A stretch of DNA of 62,931 nucleotides, the filler included, from Octopus bimaculoides (Eukaryota), in NCBI RefSeq assembly GCF_001194135.2. It is 8 parts of 7 records of this genome, joined end to end, with 100 filler letters (N's around TTAATTAATTAA, not from the genome) between each part and the next. Parts side by side here need not be neighbours in the genome. Positions count along the whole stretch, not along the records: positions 1 to 14,562 come from NC_069008.1; positions 14,663 to 37,828 come from NC_068995.1; 6 more parts are not named here. One strand, written 5' to 3'. The position numbers and the translations under genes were made by a program. The notes under the pieces were generated by a model. The model was not told the origin of the DNA. It saw only the letters and a program-made list of their open reading frames with translations, and did not search any database. Below, in pieces: positions 12,363 to 24,504 of the stretch (its first letter is position 1; each line of letters begins with the position of its first letter).

Positions 12363-12660
12363 ATTGCCACCATGATGTTGACTGGATGTTTGAGATGTAT
12401 CCTTCTCAGTACATGTCCTCAGATTGCACTGTTCTAAGAGTGACACCCAAACGCTCTGTAGCTTCCGACACGAATGCCAAGCAATACAGCATGTTGTTTC
12501 CAAATTTCTGGCTGAGTGAATTACATCATGGTACTGTCTTTCCCACATATGGTGCCCCACTGACCCTACTATACTGTGTAGTTGACATAATCAAAAACAA
12601 TGTGCATCCACAAGATTAAAAATATAAAATAGCGCTAATTTACCCATCGCACCCTGTATA
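12362..12660 (-). mobile_element. Internally deleted IS630-Tc1-mariner transposon fragment
   Basis: The minus strand begins TATACAGGGTG (TIR-like), then carries broken frames WKQHAVLLGIRVGS..ERLGVTLRTVQ (HTH start) and KHPVNIMV (catalytic-region motif). Confidence 0.55.
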
Positions 12661-12740
12661 TACATTATCCACCCTGTGTTTCGCAATCGTATTGTATAAT
12701 TATTTATATTTATTCCTTATTTTCTCTCCGTGGTTTGTAG

Positions 12741-12883
12741 AGTTGGTGAAATCTACCCTGGTTGCATTGCAGCATGTGAACGAGAACCCTGCCAGAACGG
12801 TGGACGATGCGTAGAGTTGTGGGGTAGCTACGACTGCATCTGTGAAAACAAGTGGTCCCATTTGGGCTTTGATTGTGACCAAA
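12741..12883 (+). CDS. axo: Axotactin-like exon (EGF)
   Basis: tttgtag acceptor and a|gtaatt donor. GCIAACEREPCQNGGRCVELWGSYDCICENKWSHLGFDCDQ is a six-Cys EGF. Confidence 0.92.
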
Positions 12884-13595
12884 GTAATTAAATATTTCAA
12901 TTTATTTTCTTGTTTTTTTATACGTTGTCCCTTCATCACCCCCCACTCTTTTTTTTCTTCTCATTTTTGGTTGGCACTGAATGCTTATGGAAATCTAAAC
13001 TTGTGATTCATCTTCTTTATCTTCATTGTCATCATCATCATCATCATCTCATCATCATCATCGTCTTCATCATCATCATCATCATCACCATCATTATCAT
13101 AGTCATCGTCATCATCATCTCATCATCAGCATCATCATCATCATCAACACCACCATCACCATCATCATCATCATCATCATCACCTTCATCATTGTCATCA
13201 TCCTCATCATTTTCATCATCGTCATCATCATCATCATCATCATTATCAGAACCTTCGTCATCATCATCATCATCTTCACCATCATCATCGTCATACTTTA
13301 ACGTCTGTTCTCCATGCTGGCATGGGTTGGATCCTTTGACCAGAGCTGGCAATCTGGGGAGCTGCACCAGACTCCAGTCTGACTTGGCATGGTTTCTGCA
13401 GCTCGATGCCCTCCCTAGCACCAAACACTTTACAGAGAGCTGGATGCTTTTATGTGGCACCAGCACAGGGCTCAGGTCAATCCCTTTGGTTTTGGTCCCT
13501 TTGGGGGTTGAGAAAATAAAGTGCTAGGAAGTATTTAAGGGGTCGGGGTTCAATGTAATCGCTTCTCCTTTTCCCTTTACTTAACCCTACTACAG

Positions 13596-13803
13596 AACCA
13601 GTTGTGATGTAGTGACATTCATCCATTTCTCACCTTCTTTCATTTATCTCCCAACCACCACCATTGAACCTGTTGTGATGTAGCGACATTCATCCATTTC
13701 TCTTCTTCCTGTGCAGAACCACTTGTGATGTAGTGATGTTCATCCATTCCTCCTCTTTACCTCCACCTCAAAACCTTTTGTGATGTAGTGACATTCATCC
13801 ATG
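13596..13803. repeat. Four copies of a ~26-32-bp motif separated by unequal pyrimidine-rich spacers
   Basis: TTGTGATGTAG(T/C)GA(CA/TG)TTCATCCAT starts at 13602, 13673, 13723 and 13778. Confidence 0.85.
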
Positions 13804-13860
13804 ACCATCTTTACCTTATTAATCAATATCCTCTATCCTTTTTTTTTTTACCTTTTCCAG

Positions 13861-14112
13861 ATATCGACAAGGATACAGTGACCTTCACAGGGAAAGAGGA
13901 CTCTTTCCTCTTCTTCGACAAGACACAGCAGCCCAGTATCATGGACGAAACAATCGTGGTCAGTTTCCGCACAAGAAAGATGGACGCCCTCTTGCTCTAT
14001 CTCTATGACAACTTCAACAACTTTGTCCAGCTGGAGCTACAGGAAGAAAAAAAAATCATCTTAACTTTTAACTCATTTTCCTATGTCCGCACTGGCATAC
14101 TCGAATATCCAG
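13861..14112 (+). CDS. axo: Axotactin-like exon (next LamG start); last visible exon before the assembly linker
   Basis: ttttccag acceptor and g|gtgact donor. IDKDTVTFTGKEDSFL...IVVSFRTRKMDALLLYLYDNFNNFVQLEL is a LamG N-half. Confidence 0.92.
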
Positions 14113-14285
14113 GTGACTACTACTACTACTACTACTACTCATGCACACAAATGCTAGTGTATGTGTGTAGATATATGTATGTATGTATGTATGTGTATAT
14201 ACTAATGTGATTTTTAAGGTGTGATTAAAATTAAATATGATTTTCTTTGTATATATTATTGATTATCTCCGTTTATTTCTGTGTT

Positions 14286-14323
14286 CTTTTCTGTCGAAGA
14301 GCATAGGCTCGAAACATTAAGGA
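14286..14323 (+). ncRNA. Degenerate hammerhead-like motif (same repeat family as 28020)
   Basis: CUUUU CUGUCGA A GAGC auag GCUC GAAA CAUU AAGGA. Helix II is perfect; core position 6 and the helix III palindrome are mutated. Confidence 0.45.
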
Positions 14324-14562
14324 CTTTTTCCTTTCCCAAGCGTTAAACTAATACATCTGTTTGTTGTTTACACTACCTGTCTTCGTCTTTTGTTTCTTTT
14401 GTAAATTCTCGTCGCTAGACCTGGTAGAAATAGCAGCCAAAGGACCCTCAAATCATGCCCTACAGTTTTATGTATTAATATATATGCCTAGACTTGTTCC
14501 TCTGAGGGGAACTTTCTGGATGCAATGCCATGGTCATTCAAGACCAAAGGGGGTCTTTAGCC

Positions 14563-14662
14563 NNNNNNNNNNNNNNNNNNNNNNNNNNNNNNNNNNNNNN
14601 NNNNNNTTAATTAATTAANNNNNNNNNNNNNNNNNNNNNNNNNNNNNNNNNNNNNNNNNNNN
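14563..14662. other. Artificial scaffold-join linker (N44-TTAATTAATTAA-N44)
   Basis: An identical 100-bp construct occurs seven times (14563, 37829, 43334, 45606, 50088, 56842, 59767). The 12-mer puts a stop codon in all six frames. Confidence 0.95.
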
Positions 14663-14718
<56 letters not shown>

Positions 14719-15014
14719 TGTATGTGCTTGTATATGATTATTCGGTTACGAAGTATGACGAAGTTTTTGGTTGAAGTCATATCGTCATTCTCTTCTTTTT
14801 ACATATCTGAAGGAGATTCATTTAAAAAAAATATTATTTAAATTGTTTAAATAATTTTATGGGCTGTCTTTGACAACTGACATCTGTTTATATTTCCTGT
14901 TGCGACAGCATTAATACCTCGCCTTGCGAAATACGACAAAAAGAGGAAGACATACAGTCACACATACACGCGTTTACATACATACACACAATCACACACT
15001 TTATGTATGTATGC

Positions 15015-15046
<32 letters not shown>

Positions 15047-15308
15047 NNNNNNNNNNNNNNNNNNNNNNNNNNNNNNNNNNNNNNNNNNNNNNNNNNNNNN
15101 NNNNNNNNNNNNNNNNNNNNNNNNNNNNNNNNNNNNNNNNNNNNNNNNNNNNNNNNNNNNNNNNNNNNNNNNNNNNNNNNNNNNNNNNNNNNNNNNNNNN
15201 NNNNNNNNNNNNNNNNNNNNNNNNNNNNNNNNNNNNNNNNNNNNNNNNNNNNNNNNNNNNNNNNNNNNNNNNNNNNNNNNNNNNNNNNNNNNNNNNNNNN
15301 NNNNNNNN

Positions 15309-15378
<70 letters not shown>

Positions 15379-16045
15379 ATACTAACGTGGTATACAGCAA
15401 TATTTATACGCACATTTATATATGTATGTATGTATGTATGTATGGTATGTATGTAAAACGGCTCAGTTTTAAAGAGAAAAAGCCATCAGCCTAAGGCGTT
15501 CAGAATTAGCTGTCGTTCATTTTGTTTCCTTGTTTTATATATCTTTTTTCCTCCTTATTGCAACTGACAATTTTTACTCGCGGAGGAAAAATATTATTGA
15601 AGACAAATTCATGCCGTCATCAGATTATGTATAACAGCAACGTGTTTGATCGTTTCTCTCTCAAGCTTTTTACAGTCAAAGTCAGCTGTGAATGTTTTCT
15701 GGGCGATTAACAATGCTTATTAAAAAGAAAATGAATTTTATAAGGAAAGAGAAAAAGAAAAAAAGGAAGAAAACAAAGAGAAAGAAGAAAAATCCGTGGC
15801 GGAAAGAATTATCGCTATTTTTGTGATGGAACAATAATTTTCAAAAGAGCCAAGCAATAAACAAATCTTGTAAAATGCCAACCATCTGACCTAGTTTCGT
15901 AAAATAAAATTAAATTCTTGCTTACGTCCTGCTACACAGTTTAGATTTGATTTGAAATTTTGAAAGTTGTTCTCTGGGTTTTGTGGTTGGCAATCGTTTC
16001 AGCTTTTAGGTGGTGGTGAGTTAAATTTGGAAAACATGCAATATA

Positions 16046-16262
16046 TACGAGTGGGGTCTGAAAAGTTCTTGGCTTTGAGTTAAAGAAAATAGAAGTCGGT
16101 TAGTTTAATTATGTTTTTATTCAACAATTCCCCCTCTCAGATTCTCATACTCATTGCTGAGGTCCTTCAGTTTTTCTAAGCCCTGTAAAAGAACTCGGAA
16201 GGTTGGGTCTTCAGTCAGGCCTTTCGCGATATCCTTAAAGCCAGGAACTTTTCAGCACCTAT
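16046..16262. mobile_element. Mariner-type MITE
   Basis: TACGAGTGGGGTCTGAAAAGTTCTTGGCTTT at the left and AAAGCCAGGAACTTTTCAGCACC at the right are inverted repeats; no ORF. Confidence 0.65.
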
Positions 16263-16614
16263 AGTGCGAATATAACTGAATTGAAGAAATGTCTTAAAAA
16301 AAAAAAAAAAATTCAAGAGTTTTGCAACTAAATTTCTTTATACGGAATAACAATACCCATTCTTCATTCATATCTATCACTGCGTCTCTTTCTCTCTCTC
16401 TCTCTCTCTGTGTCTCTCTCTTTATTTTTCGATCTTTTGTTCTTTTTCTTTCACTTTCTTTTGTTTTTTGCTATTTGTTATCAGAAAAGCCTATGTCTAT
16501 CTGTATTCAAAAGAGACAAAGATTAGAATGAATATCATTGACTATAGAAGATCTCTCATTAACAGAACGAAGAGAATCCAGACTTGAAAGAATCATGTTA
16601 ATGACGACGACTAC

Positions 16615-16661
<47 letters not shown>

Positions 16662-16800
16662 CGGTACTGATGATGATGATGATGATGATGATGACGGTAA
16701 AGATAATGATGACGGTACTGATGATGATGATGACGACAATTATATGATGTTGATAATAATGATGATATACTGCTGCTGCTGCTGATTACAACAATGATGG

Positions 16801-16844
<44 letters not shown>

Positions 16845-18068
16845 GTGACGATGACAACGACGGTCGTGGTGGTAGTGGTGACGATAACAACGACAACGAT
16901 GCTGCTGCTGATGATAACGATGACAGCGAAAAGTACGATGACGACAATGGTGATGATGATGATGATGATGATGATGAAGAAACATCGCGGTTTCTTTTAT
17001 TTCGAACGAGGTTTGATCAATGCTTTTGATCATAAAGAGAGATTTCAATTATTAACTCGATAAGAGTAGAGTAAAGGCAAAGGGACATAGACAGATAGAT
17101 AGATAGAGAGACCGATAGACAGATAGATAGAGAGAGAGAGAGAGAAAGAGATAGAGAGAGAAAAGGGAAAGATAACTGAATGTAGCGTACAAAGTTTCAA
17201 GTTAAATTCTCGAAACGCTCTTCAGGGAAGAGAAAATAAATAAAGAAATGAATAAATAAAAAAAAAATAAACAATAAATAAACATAAAATAAATAAAGAA
17301 AGAAAGAAATGAAAGCCGAAAGATTACTCAGAAGAGATGAACGGTGATGAAAATTCCATTTCTTACCTCTCACGATCGTTTATTCCTTTCGACTTCAGCC
17401 TCGAATTATTGAGATTCTTCATTCTTCATCTTTCAAAGAGAATAGTTTCTAGCTATTTATGAATGAGTATCTAGTGGGACAGAATAACNNNNNNNNNNNN
17501 NNNNNNNNNNNNNNNNNNNNNNNNNNNNNNNNNNNNNNNNNNNNNNNNNNNNNNNNNNNNNNNNNNNNNNNNNNNNNNNNNNNNNNNNNNNNNNNNNNNN
17601 NNNNNNNNNNNNNNNNNNNNNNNNNNNNNNNNNNNNNNNNNNNNNNNNNNNNNNNNNNNNNNNNNNNNNNNNNNNNNNNNNNNNNNNNNNNNNNNNNNNN
17701 NNNNNNNNNNNNNNNNNNNNNNNNNNNNNNNNNNNNNNNNNNNNNNNNNNNNNNNNNNNNNNNNNNNNNNNNNNNNNNNNNNNNNNNNNNNNNNNNNNNN
17801 NNNNNNNNNNNNNNNNNNNNNNNNNNNNNNNNNNNNNNNNNNNNNNNNNNNNNNNNNNNNNNNNNNNNNNNNNNNNNNNNNNNNNNNNNNNNNNNNNNNN
17901 NNNNNNNNNNNNNNNNNNNNNNNNNNNNNNNNNNNNNNNNNNNNNNNNNNNNNNNNNNNNNNNNNNNNNNNNNNNNNNNNNNNNNNNNNNNNNNNNNNNN
18001 NNNNNNNNNNNNNNNNNNNNNNNNNNNNNNNNNNNNNNNNNNNNNNNNNNNNNNNNNNNNNNNNNNNN

Positions 18069-18109
<41 letters not shown>

Positions 18110-19218
18110 TAGAAGTATATAGTACATATATGTCCGTGTACGCGCACAGAGACACACAAAAACACACTACTATAAGTACATATATATGTATGTATAAGAA
18201 TATATATATTATATATATATATGTATGTATAAGAATATATATATTATATATATATATATGTATAATCACAAACACATTCAATATAAATGCATGTATACAT
18301 ATGCATACACACACAGGCACACACCTCTCACACACATATCAATATATCCATTCATACACACAAGCACATGCATATATATATAAAAGCAAGAACAAAAACG
18401 AAACAAACAAAACAAAAAAAAATAGGAAGTGAAAGAATGCTTCTTATGGATTATTTACAACATGACTAAACACCCGAATGGACTTAGATAATATATTATT
18501 GTATTCCAAGCACGTATGAGGGATTCGTATAGATTTATGAATATATAAAAGTCAGTAGATTCGGGATCTATAACAAATACCATCTTACTATTTGCTCCTT
18601 TTGCATTATTTTATATACGTCTTCTTTTTATTATTTATTTTTATGTCCGATGAAGGGGATTGCCTGAAGAGAGGGGAGTCATATATAAAGACTGTAATAA
18701 TAACGCGGTGTAGCGGAGTGTAATGATAATGTGGAATTGCGATGGTTGTTTTCGGAGTGGTTTAGATATTTTCATCTTTCAACATGATGTTACTTTATGT
18801 CTTAAGGCTGCAATTTATTCCAATAATTCCCCTTTAAATGGGGGTGTTTTTATAGAAATGAAATGGCCGACTGGATACGGTGTTTGGCTTGGTTAGGTTA
18901 AAACGTTTTGGTTATATGCGTCTATATCTTCAGCCCATTTTTAAGATTGTGCAATGTTGTTACCATCAAATATATATATATATANNNNNNNNNNNNNNNN
19001 NNNNNNNNNNNNNNNNNNNNNNNNNNNNNNNNNNNNNNNNNNNNNNNNNNNNNNNNNNNNNNNNNNNNNNNNNNNNNNNNNNNNNNNNNNNNNNNNNNNN
19101 ATGTGTGTGTGTGTGTGTGTATGTATAAATATATATGTTATATATATATTTGTATATGTATATGTGTATATACATATGTAGTATATCTGTGTGCATATAT
19201 ATGTAGTATATGTATGTT

Positions 19219-19262
<44 letters not shown>

Positions 19263-19667
19263 TTTATTTGATTTGATCTAGTTTCAACTCATGAGCTGAG
19301 GCCATGCTGGGGCACCGCCATTAGGTGTTGCTACATAATTTTACTTCACTAATTCTTTTTAGAAATTGATGTTTGGTGCATGTTGTATATGTATATATGT
19401 ATGTATTCTTTTATTCTTTTATCCGTTATTTGACTGCGTTCATGCTGGAGCATCGCCTTTGTATATATATATATGTATATATATGTTTATATATATATAT
19501 GTATATATATATATGTGTGTGTGTGTGTATATATTACGGTCACTACTGTTTTTACCATGAGCCAGAGACATTTGAAAGTCGGACTGAATTGCTTTGCGTA
19601 TTCATTCCTGTTTTCTTCACTCTGAGTCAAAATTCCAACAAGGTTAATGTTGCCTTTGATGATGATG

Positions 19668-19714
<47 letters not shown>

Positions 19715-19719
19715 CCTTT

Positions 19720-20145
19720 CTACTATAGGCACAAGGTTTGAAATTTGGCGGGAGGGGACTAGTCGACCACAGAATTTGACTGGTACTTATTTCATCGACC
19801 CCGAAAGGATGAAAGACAAAGTCGACTTTGGTGGAATTTGAACTCAGAACTTGTAGACGGACGAAACACCGCTACGCATTTGGCCCGGAGTGCTAACCAT
19901 TCTGCCATCTCACTGCCTTCCACTAAGCAATAATAATTTCTTCTTTTCTCCTCTAGGCACAAGGCCCGAAATTTTTGGGGAGGGGGGCCAGTGGATTAGA
20001 TCGACCCCAGTACGCAACTGGTACTTTATTTATCGACTCCGAAAGGATGAAAGGCAAAGTCGACCTCAGTAGAATTTGAACTCAGAACGTAAAGACCGCT
20101 AAGGATTTCGCCCGGCGTACTAACGTTTCTGCCAGCTCGCCGCCA
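19720..20145 (-). mobile_element. Two tandem copies of tRNA-derived SINE family B
   Basis: Reverse complement of GGCGAGCTGGCAGAA...GAGTTCAAATT...CTTTCATCCTTTCGGGGTCGATAAATAAGTACCAG. More copies at ~24240-24920 (three, minus), 31670-31890 and 34335-34550 (minus), and 31940-32165, 54035-54235 and 59867-59970 (plus). Confidence 0.8.
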
Positions 20146-22939
20146 AGCAATAATTATGTCACTAAAATGTTAGGCATCCCATTGGTTATTGCATCAATTA
20201 ACCGAATCAATAAGGTAGTAGTTTATTTTAAGAAAAAAACAAACAAACAAACAAAGAAAAAGTACGGTGACAATGACCTAATCACTAAGTAACTGGTTAT
20301 CGACCGGAAAATCGATCGCTTGCGACGTTCATGTCTCGGTACCACAGTAAGTCCGTGAAATTGACATGTAACGCCCAACGCCCAAGTGCACTCAGCCACG
20401 AACAAATGATATGACGAGGTACAGTTTCTTGTTGAGGAAAAAAAAAAATCATTGAAAAAACTAAAGTGGTTTTGACTAAGTGTTTGAAGAGTTAACTCGG
20501 TTTCAAGGACAAGCTGCGTATGTAATTCCGACCCTAGATCTGATTATCCGATATCTTATCGACTCGGCGAAGGACAGCTATCTTATTCTCTTTCTAAATA
20601 CGTCATTGTTGTTTTTGTTGTTGTTGTTGTCGTTAAGCTCCAGTTCAGCTCTGAGTATGGAGATATACGATTACATATATTTCCGACCCGACCCTCTTTT
20701 CAAGAAAATGTAGTTTTTAAAAAATAATGTTTATCTTTCCTTTATTGTATAAGCTCTTGTCTTTCTTTATGAGAACAACGTGTGATTTGAGTGAGAGTTT
20801 ACAACTGTTATGTTTAACCCTAGGTCCACTCTAATCAAGTAGATATATAATCAAAGAAATTTCCCGCCGTGACTCTCCAATTGTAAAAAAAAAAGAAGTT
20901 GATCTTGGCGGAGTTTGAACTCAGAGAACACAAAGCCTGGACAAATGCTGCAAGGTATTTTGTCCCATGTCCAGTAAGTTTACCATCATCAGTTCAAGGC
21001 AAATAAAGTTCACCGTCACCAATTCATTTTTTGTGTTTCAATGAAATAGTTTTTAACTATTAATGGTGAAGTACTATGGATATATTTTCTCGGTAAACTT
21101 TCTTAGCGGTGGACTTTATTCACGGTGAATTGACAGCGATGTTTCCATGCGGGGAATTGATGGCGGTGAATCATTTTGTCCCACGCTCTATCGACTCTGC
21201 CAGCTCATATGCATGAGAAGTAATTGTAAACCTTGTCCAACAATGCTTAAATCAATCAAACGAAGACAAGGGTGACAACTCAAAATCAATAAATCTTGTT
21301 ATTTATTTATTTTTTAAAATGGATCGACGCACCAGAGCCCTAGTTCCCTAAAATCAGAAATAGGCTATAATCTGACGGAAAGCATAATCTGATCTTATAG
21401 ATTCTCACTTGCTCCCCTTCTACAGAACGTACATAACAGCTTTGTACTCTCGTAAGACGAGAACTATAATGGTACGTACGTGTGTTTTGCAACAAGCAGC
21501 ACATACTTGCTTTAAGTGATTATGTTGAACAAAAATATTTAAAAAAAACAAACAAAAAAAAACAAGTAAATAAACGAAGCAAAACAAAATGAAAATAGGA
21601 AACAAAAAAGGCTAAAATAAAAACGATTAATTTAACTAGATATACTGCCATATGTCAATTTTCCTTCCGGTATGTGATCTTTTCCGGTATTAAAGTTTCG
21701 GATGTGACGTTTTTTGTTCAAACATATTTCGAGCAATTAAAATAGTTTGAAATTCCAATATATTAATGCATACAGGAGTGTGACAAACACCGGACATCGT
21801 ATTTCATACGAAGCGATTCACTAGTTTGTTGTTGTCATCGTTGCTGTTGTTGTGGTTGATGGTCATTTGCTCATACTTCATTACAAATATAGTGTCGTAG
21901 CTGTGCAAAGAGGCAATGATAGGGGAGCGACAATAAGCAGAAGTTACTGTGTCTGTCAATGGTTTGCATCCAATTACAAGCATCTGCGCTGCGTCCCAAA
22001 GCCAAACACGGGACATTTCTGCCCTAGCCGGAGTACCACCAAACTCTCTGACATTAACTAAATTAACCCCAGGTTCTGTCTTGATGAAGCAAGAACTTTG
22101 ATCAAATTCTTTGAATCCATGGCCATCCTGCCTTTTTTTTTTTAGGTTTAATGTATTGTATTAGACTATGATAACCAATGCCAAAGTGAGGTTTGAGGTA
22201 GATTGGAGTGCTATATCTTGCAGATCTAGTGACCAGAGGGAGACTTCCTCGTTATTTCATTGGTTCATGTAAATTGTAGTAGTAGTAGTAGTGGTGGTAG
22301 TAGAAGTTGCGGTGATTGTAGTAATAGTGGTGGTGGTGGTAGTAGTGGTAGTAGTAGTAATAATGGTGGTGGTAGTGGTAGTGGTGGTAGCAGCAGTAGT
22401 AGTAGTAGTTTTAGTGGTGGTGGTTGGTAGCAGCAATAGTAGTGATGTTGGTGATGGTGTTAGTGGTAGTAGTAGCAGCAATAGTAGTACTAGTAGTAGT
22501 TGAAGTAATAGTGTTGGTGGCCGTACTAGTTGTCGTTGAATCTCAGAACAGACCTGATTGAGTAGACATCTTATCTCACGCATTCAAACTTGACAGCTCA
22601 CCCATTTTTATGCGGCCTTAGTCTACCTAGGATCTAATTATCTAATGTCCTCTGTCTGTCTCTCAGTGTGTTTAGGAAGGTGTGATTTATGAGAGATAGA
22701 GTTGGCTTTTTCAGACTGGTCGAACAACCAAGCGAACTTTACAGGGTCCGGCAAAGAATGACCCAGTGATGTTTCTTAAGGGAGTTCGGACCTCTTCAAA
22801 GAATTTTTCAAATTTCATGTATTTTTCCGTAATTCAACATTTGGTGGTTTTTAGCCAGTCTTTTGGGTCGCGAAATGTTTAATTTCTATCTAGATAGACA
22901 ATGTCGGTCATGGAAATGGTGGATGAAGATACGTGGGAT

Positions 22940-23700
22940 ATTTTTATAGGAAAGGACTGATATAATAGATGCAGTGTTTAGACAGAGGGCGCCACTGAGT
23001 TGATAAGAGTATCTTTTCCCCTTTTACCATAAACGAGATCTTTTTCTCCACGGTAAACTGCAGTGAAATTGCCTTTAGCAGTTATATCACAAACATATTT
23101 GACCTGTCTTAAAGTTAGTTCAAATATCACTGCTTAGCGCTATTACAAATGTGTTTTATACGACCGAACAGTCGTCGAGCGGAAGTCAGTCACTTATATT
23201 AGCTGTTCCATTATATAACCACGGCTTTCTAATCAGTTCAGAATTATCTCTCTTCGTTAGCTCCTAGTGAGGAAGGATACGTAACCAGAAACGCGCTCAG
23301 GAGTCCGAGAGAGGGCGCCAGTGGGCTGATAAGGATATTTTGACTCCTTTTACTATGAGCGAGATTTTTTACTACACGGTAAACTGCAGCGAAATTTCTT
23401 CCTAAAATTTGTTTATTTTTTATCACTGCTTAATGCTACTACTATTGTAATTGTTCTGAACGAGCGGTCGGCGAGCGCAAGTCAGTCACTTTTATTGAAT
23501 TTTCCATTATAAAGCCACAACTTTGTAATCAGCTCACGATCATCCGTCTTCGGTATCTCCATCTGAGGAAGGCTAAGGAACCAGAAACGCATCTTGGAGT
23601 CTGACAGAGAGCACCATTGAACTGACAAGGATATTTCTACCACCATTCACCATCAGCGAGAATGTTTTTCTACACGATATACTGCTAAAATAAGCACTGG
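22940..23700 (+). repeat. Diverged ~300-325-bp tandem array with hammerhead-like motifs (Penelope pLTR or retrozyme-like)
   Basis: Unit starts GAGGGCGCCACTGAGTTGATAAG (~22985), GAGGGCGCCAGTGGGCTGATAAG (~23310) and GAGAGCACCATTGAACTGACAAG (~23608). Hammerhead motifs at 23261-23303 and 23557-23599. Confidence 0.7.
23557..23599 (+). ncRNA. Degenerate minimal type I hammerhead ribozyme
   Basis: CUCCA u CUGAGGA ... GAAA CGCA UC u UGGAG. Helix I is CUCCA/UGGAG, the CUGANGA and GAAA core is intact, and helix II is weak. The sister copy at 23261-23303 keeps the CGCG palindrome but has GUGAGGA and U16.1>C. Confidence 0.55.
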
Positions 23701-24451
23701 AGTCGAACTTGCTGGCCTTGTGCCAACATTTATCATTATCCCATTATTATCCCATCCTGGGATAATGATACTCCTACATTCGATCGATCTAGTCACTGTC
23801 ATTACAGGTTTGACTATTACATCTTACATACATGCACAGTGTATCAAGGAATATATATTAAAACTATCTCTTTCCTTTTTACGGTTGGGTGTTTTGGGGG
23901 ATATTTTGTTGCCGTTTCTTGCAGGTTATGTGAACAGATTAACAGCATCCGCATAAGCTCGGTTGTTAATAGGCAGAATGTAAAGGTAGAACCAAGCAGT
24001 GTAATCAACTGTAGGATTGTATAATTACTATAATTGCTTTTTATTGATTCAGCACCGAGAGATACGTTTTTAAGATAAGAGTGAGTAATCTGAGATCTTG
24101 CAATGTTCATGGTATGAGTTTCTCAATTTCGAAACTAGCCTACGGATATATTTATATGTAGGGGATATGGCGTAAGAAGATGAGTGACAACTGGATCGAT
24201 CGAACGTAGGGATAACTGACTAACTAATAATAATAATAATAATAATCCTTTATACTAAAGGCACAAGGCCTAAAATTTTTGCAGGCGAAGTTCGTCGATT
24301 ACATCGACCCCAGAACTCAACTGGTACTTATTTCATCGAAAGCGAAAGGATGAAATGTAGAATCGATCTCAGCAGAATTTGAATGTAAAGACAGACCAAA
24401 TGCCGCTAAGTGTTTTGACCGGTGTGCTAACGATTCTGCCAGCTCGCAGCC

Positions 24452-24504
<53 letters not shown>

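Noticed and set aside
12317-12619. 100-aa plus-strand ORF
   Set aside because: It is the antisense frame across the Tx1-like and Tc1-like fragments.
13596-13803. CRISPR array interpretation of the repeat-spacer cluster
   Set aside because: It lies in a eukaryotic intron, there are no cas genes, and the spacers are unequal (about 24-45 nt) and low-complexity.
18645-18675. CCGATGAAGGGGATTGCCTGAAGAG hammerhead-like string
   Set aside because: Multiple core mismatches and no helix I or III.
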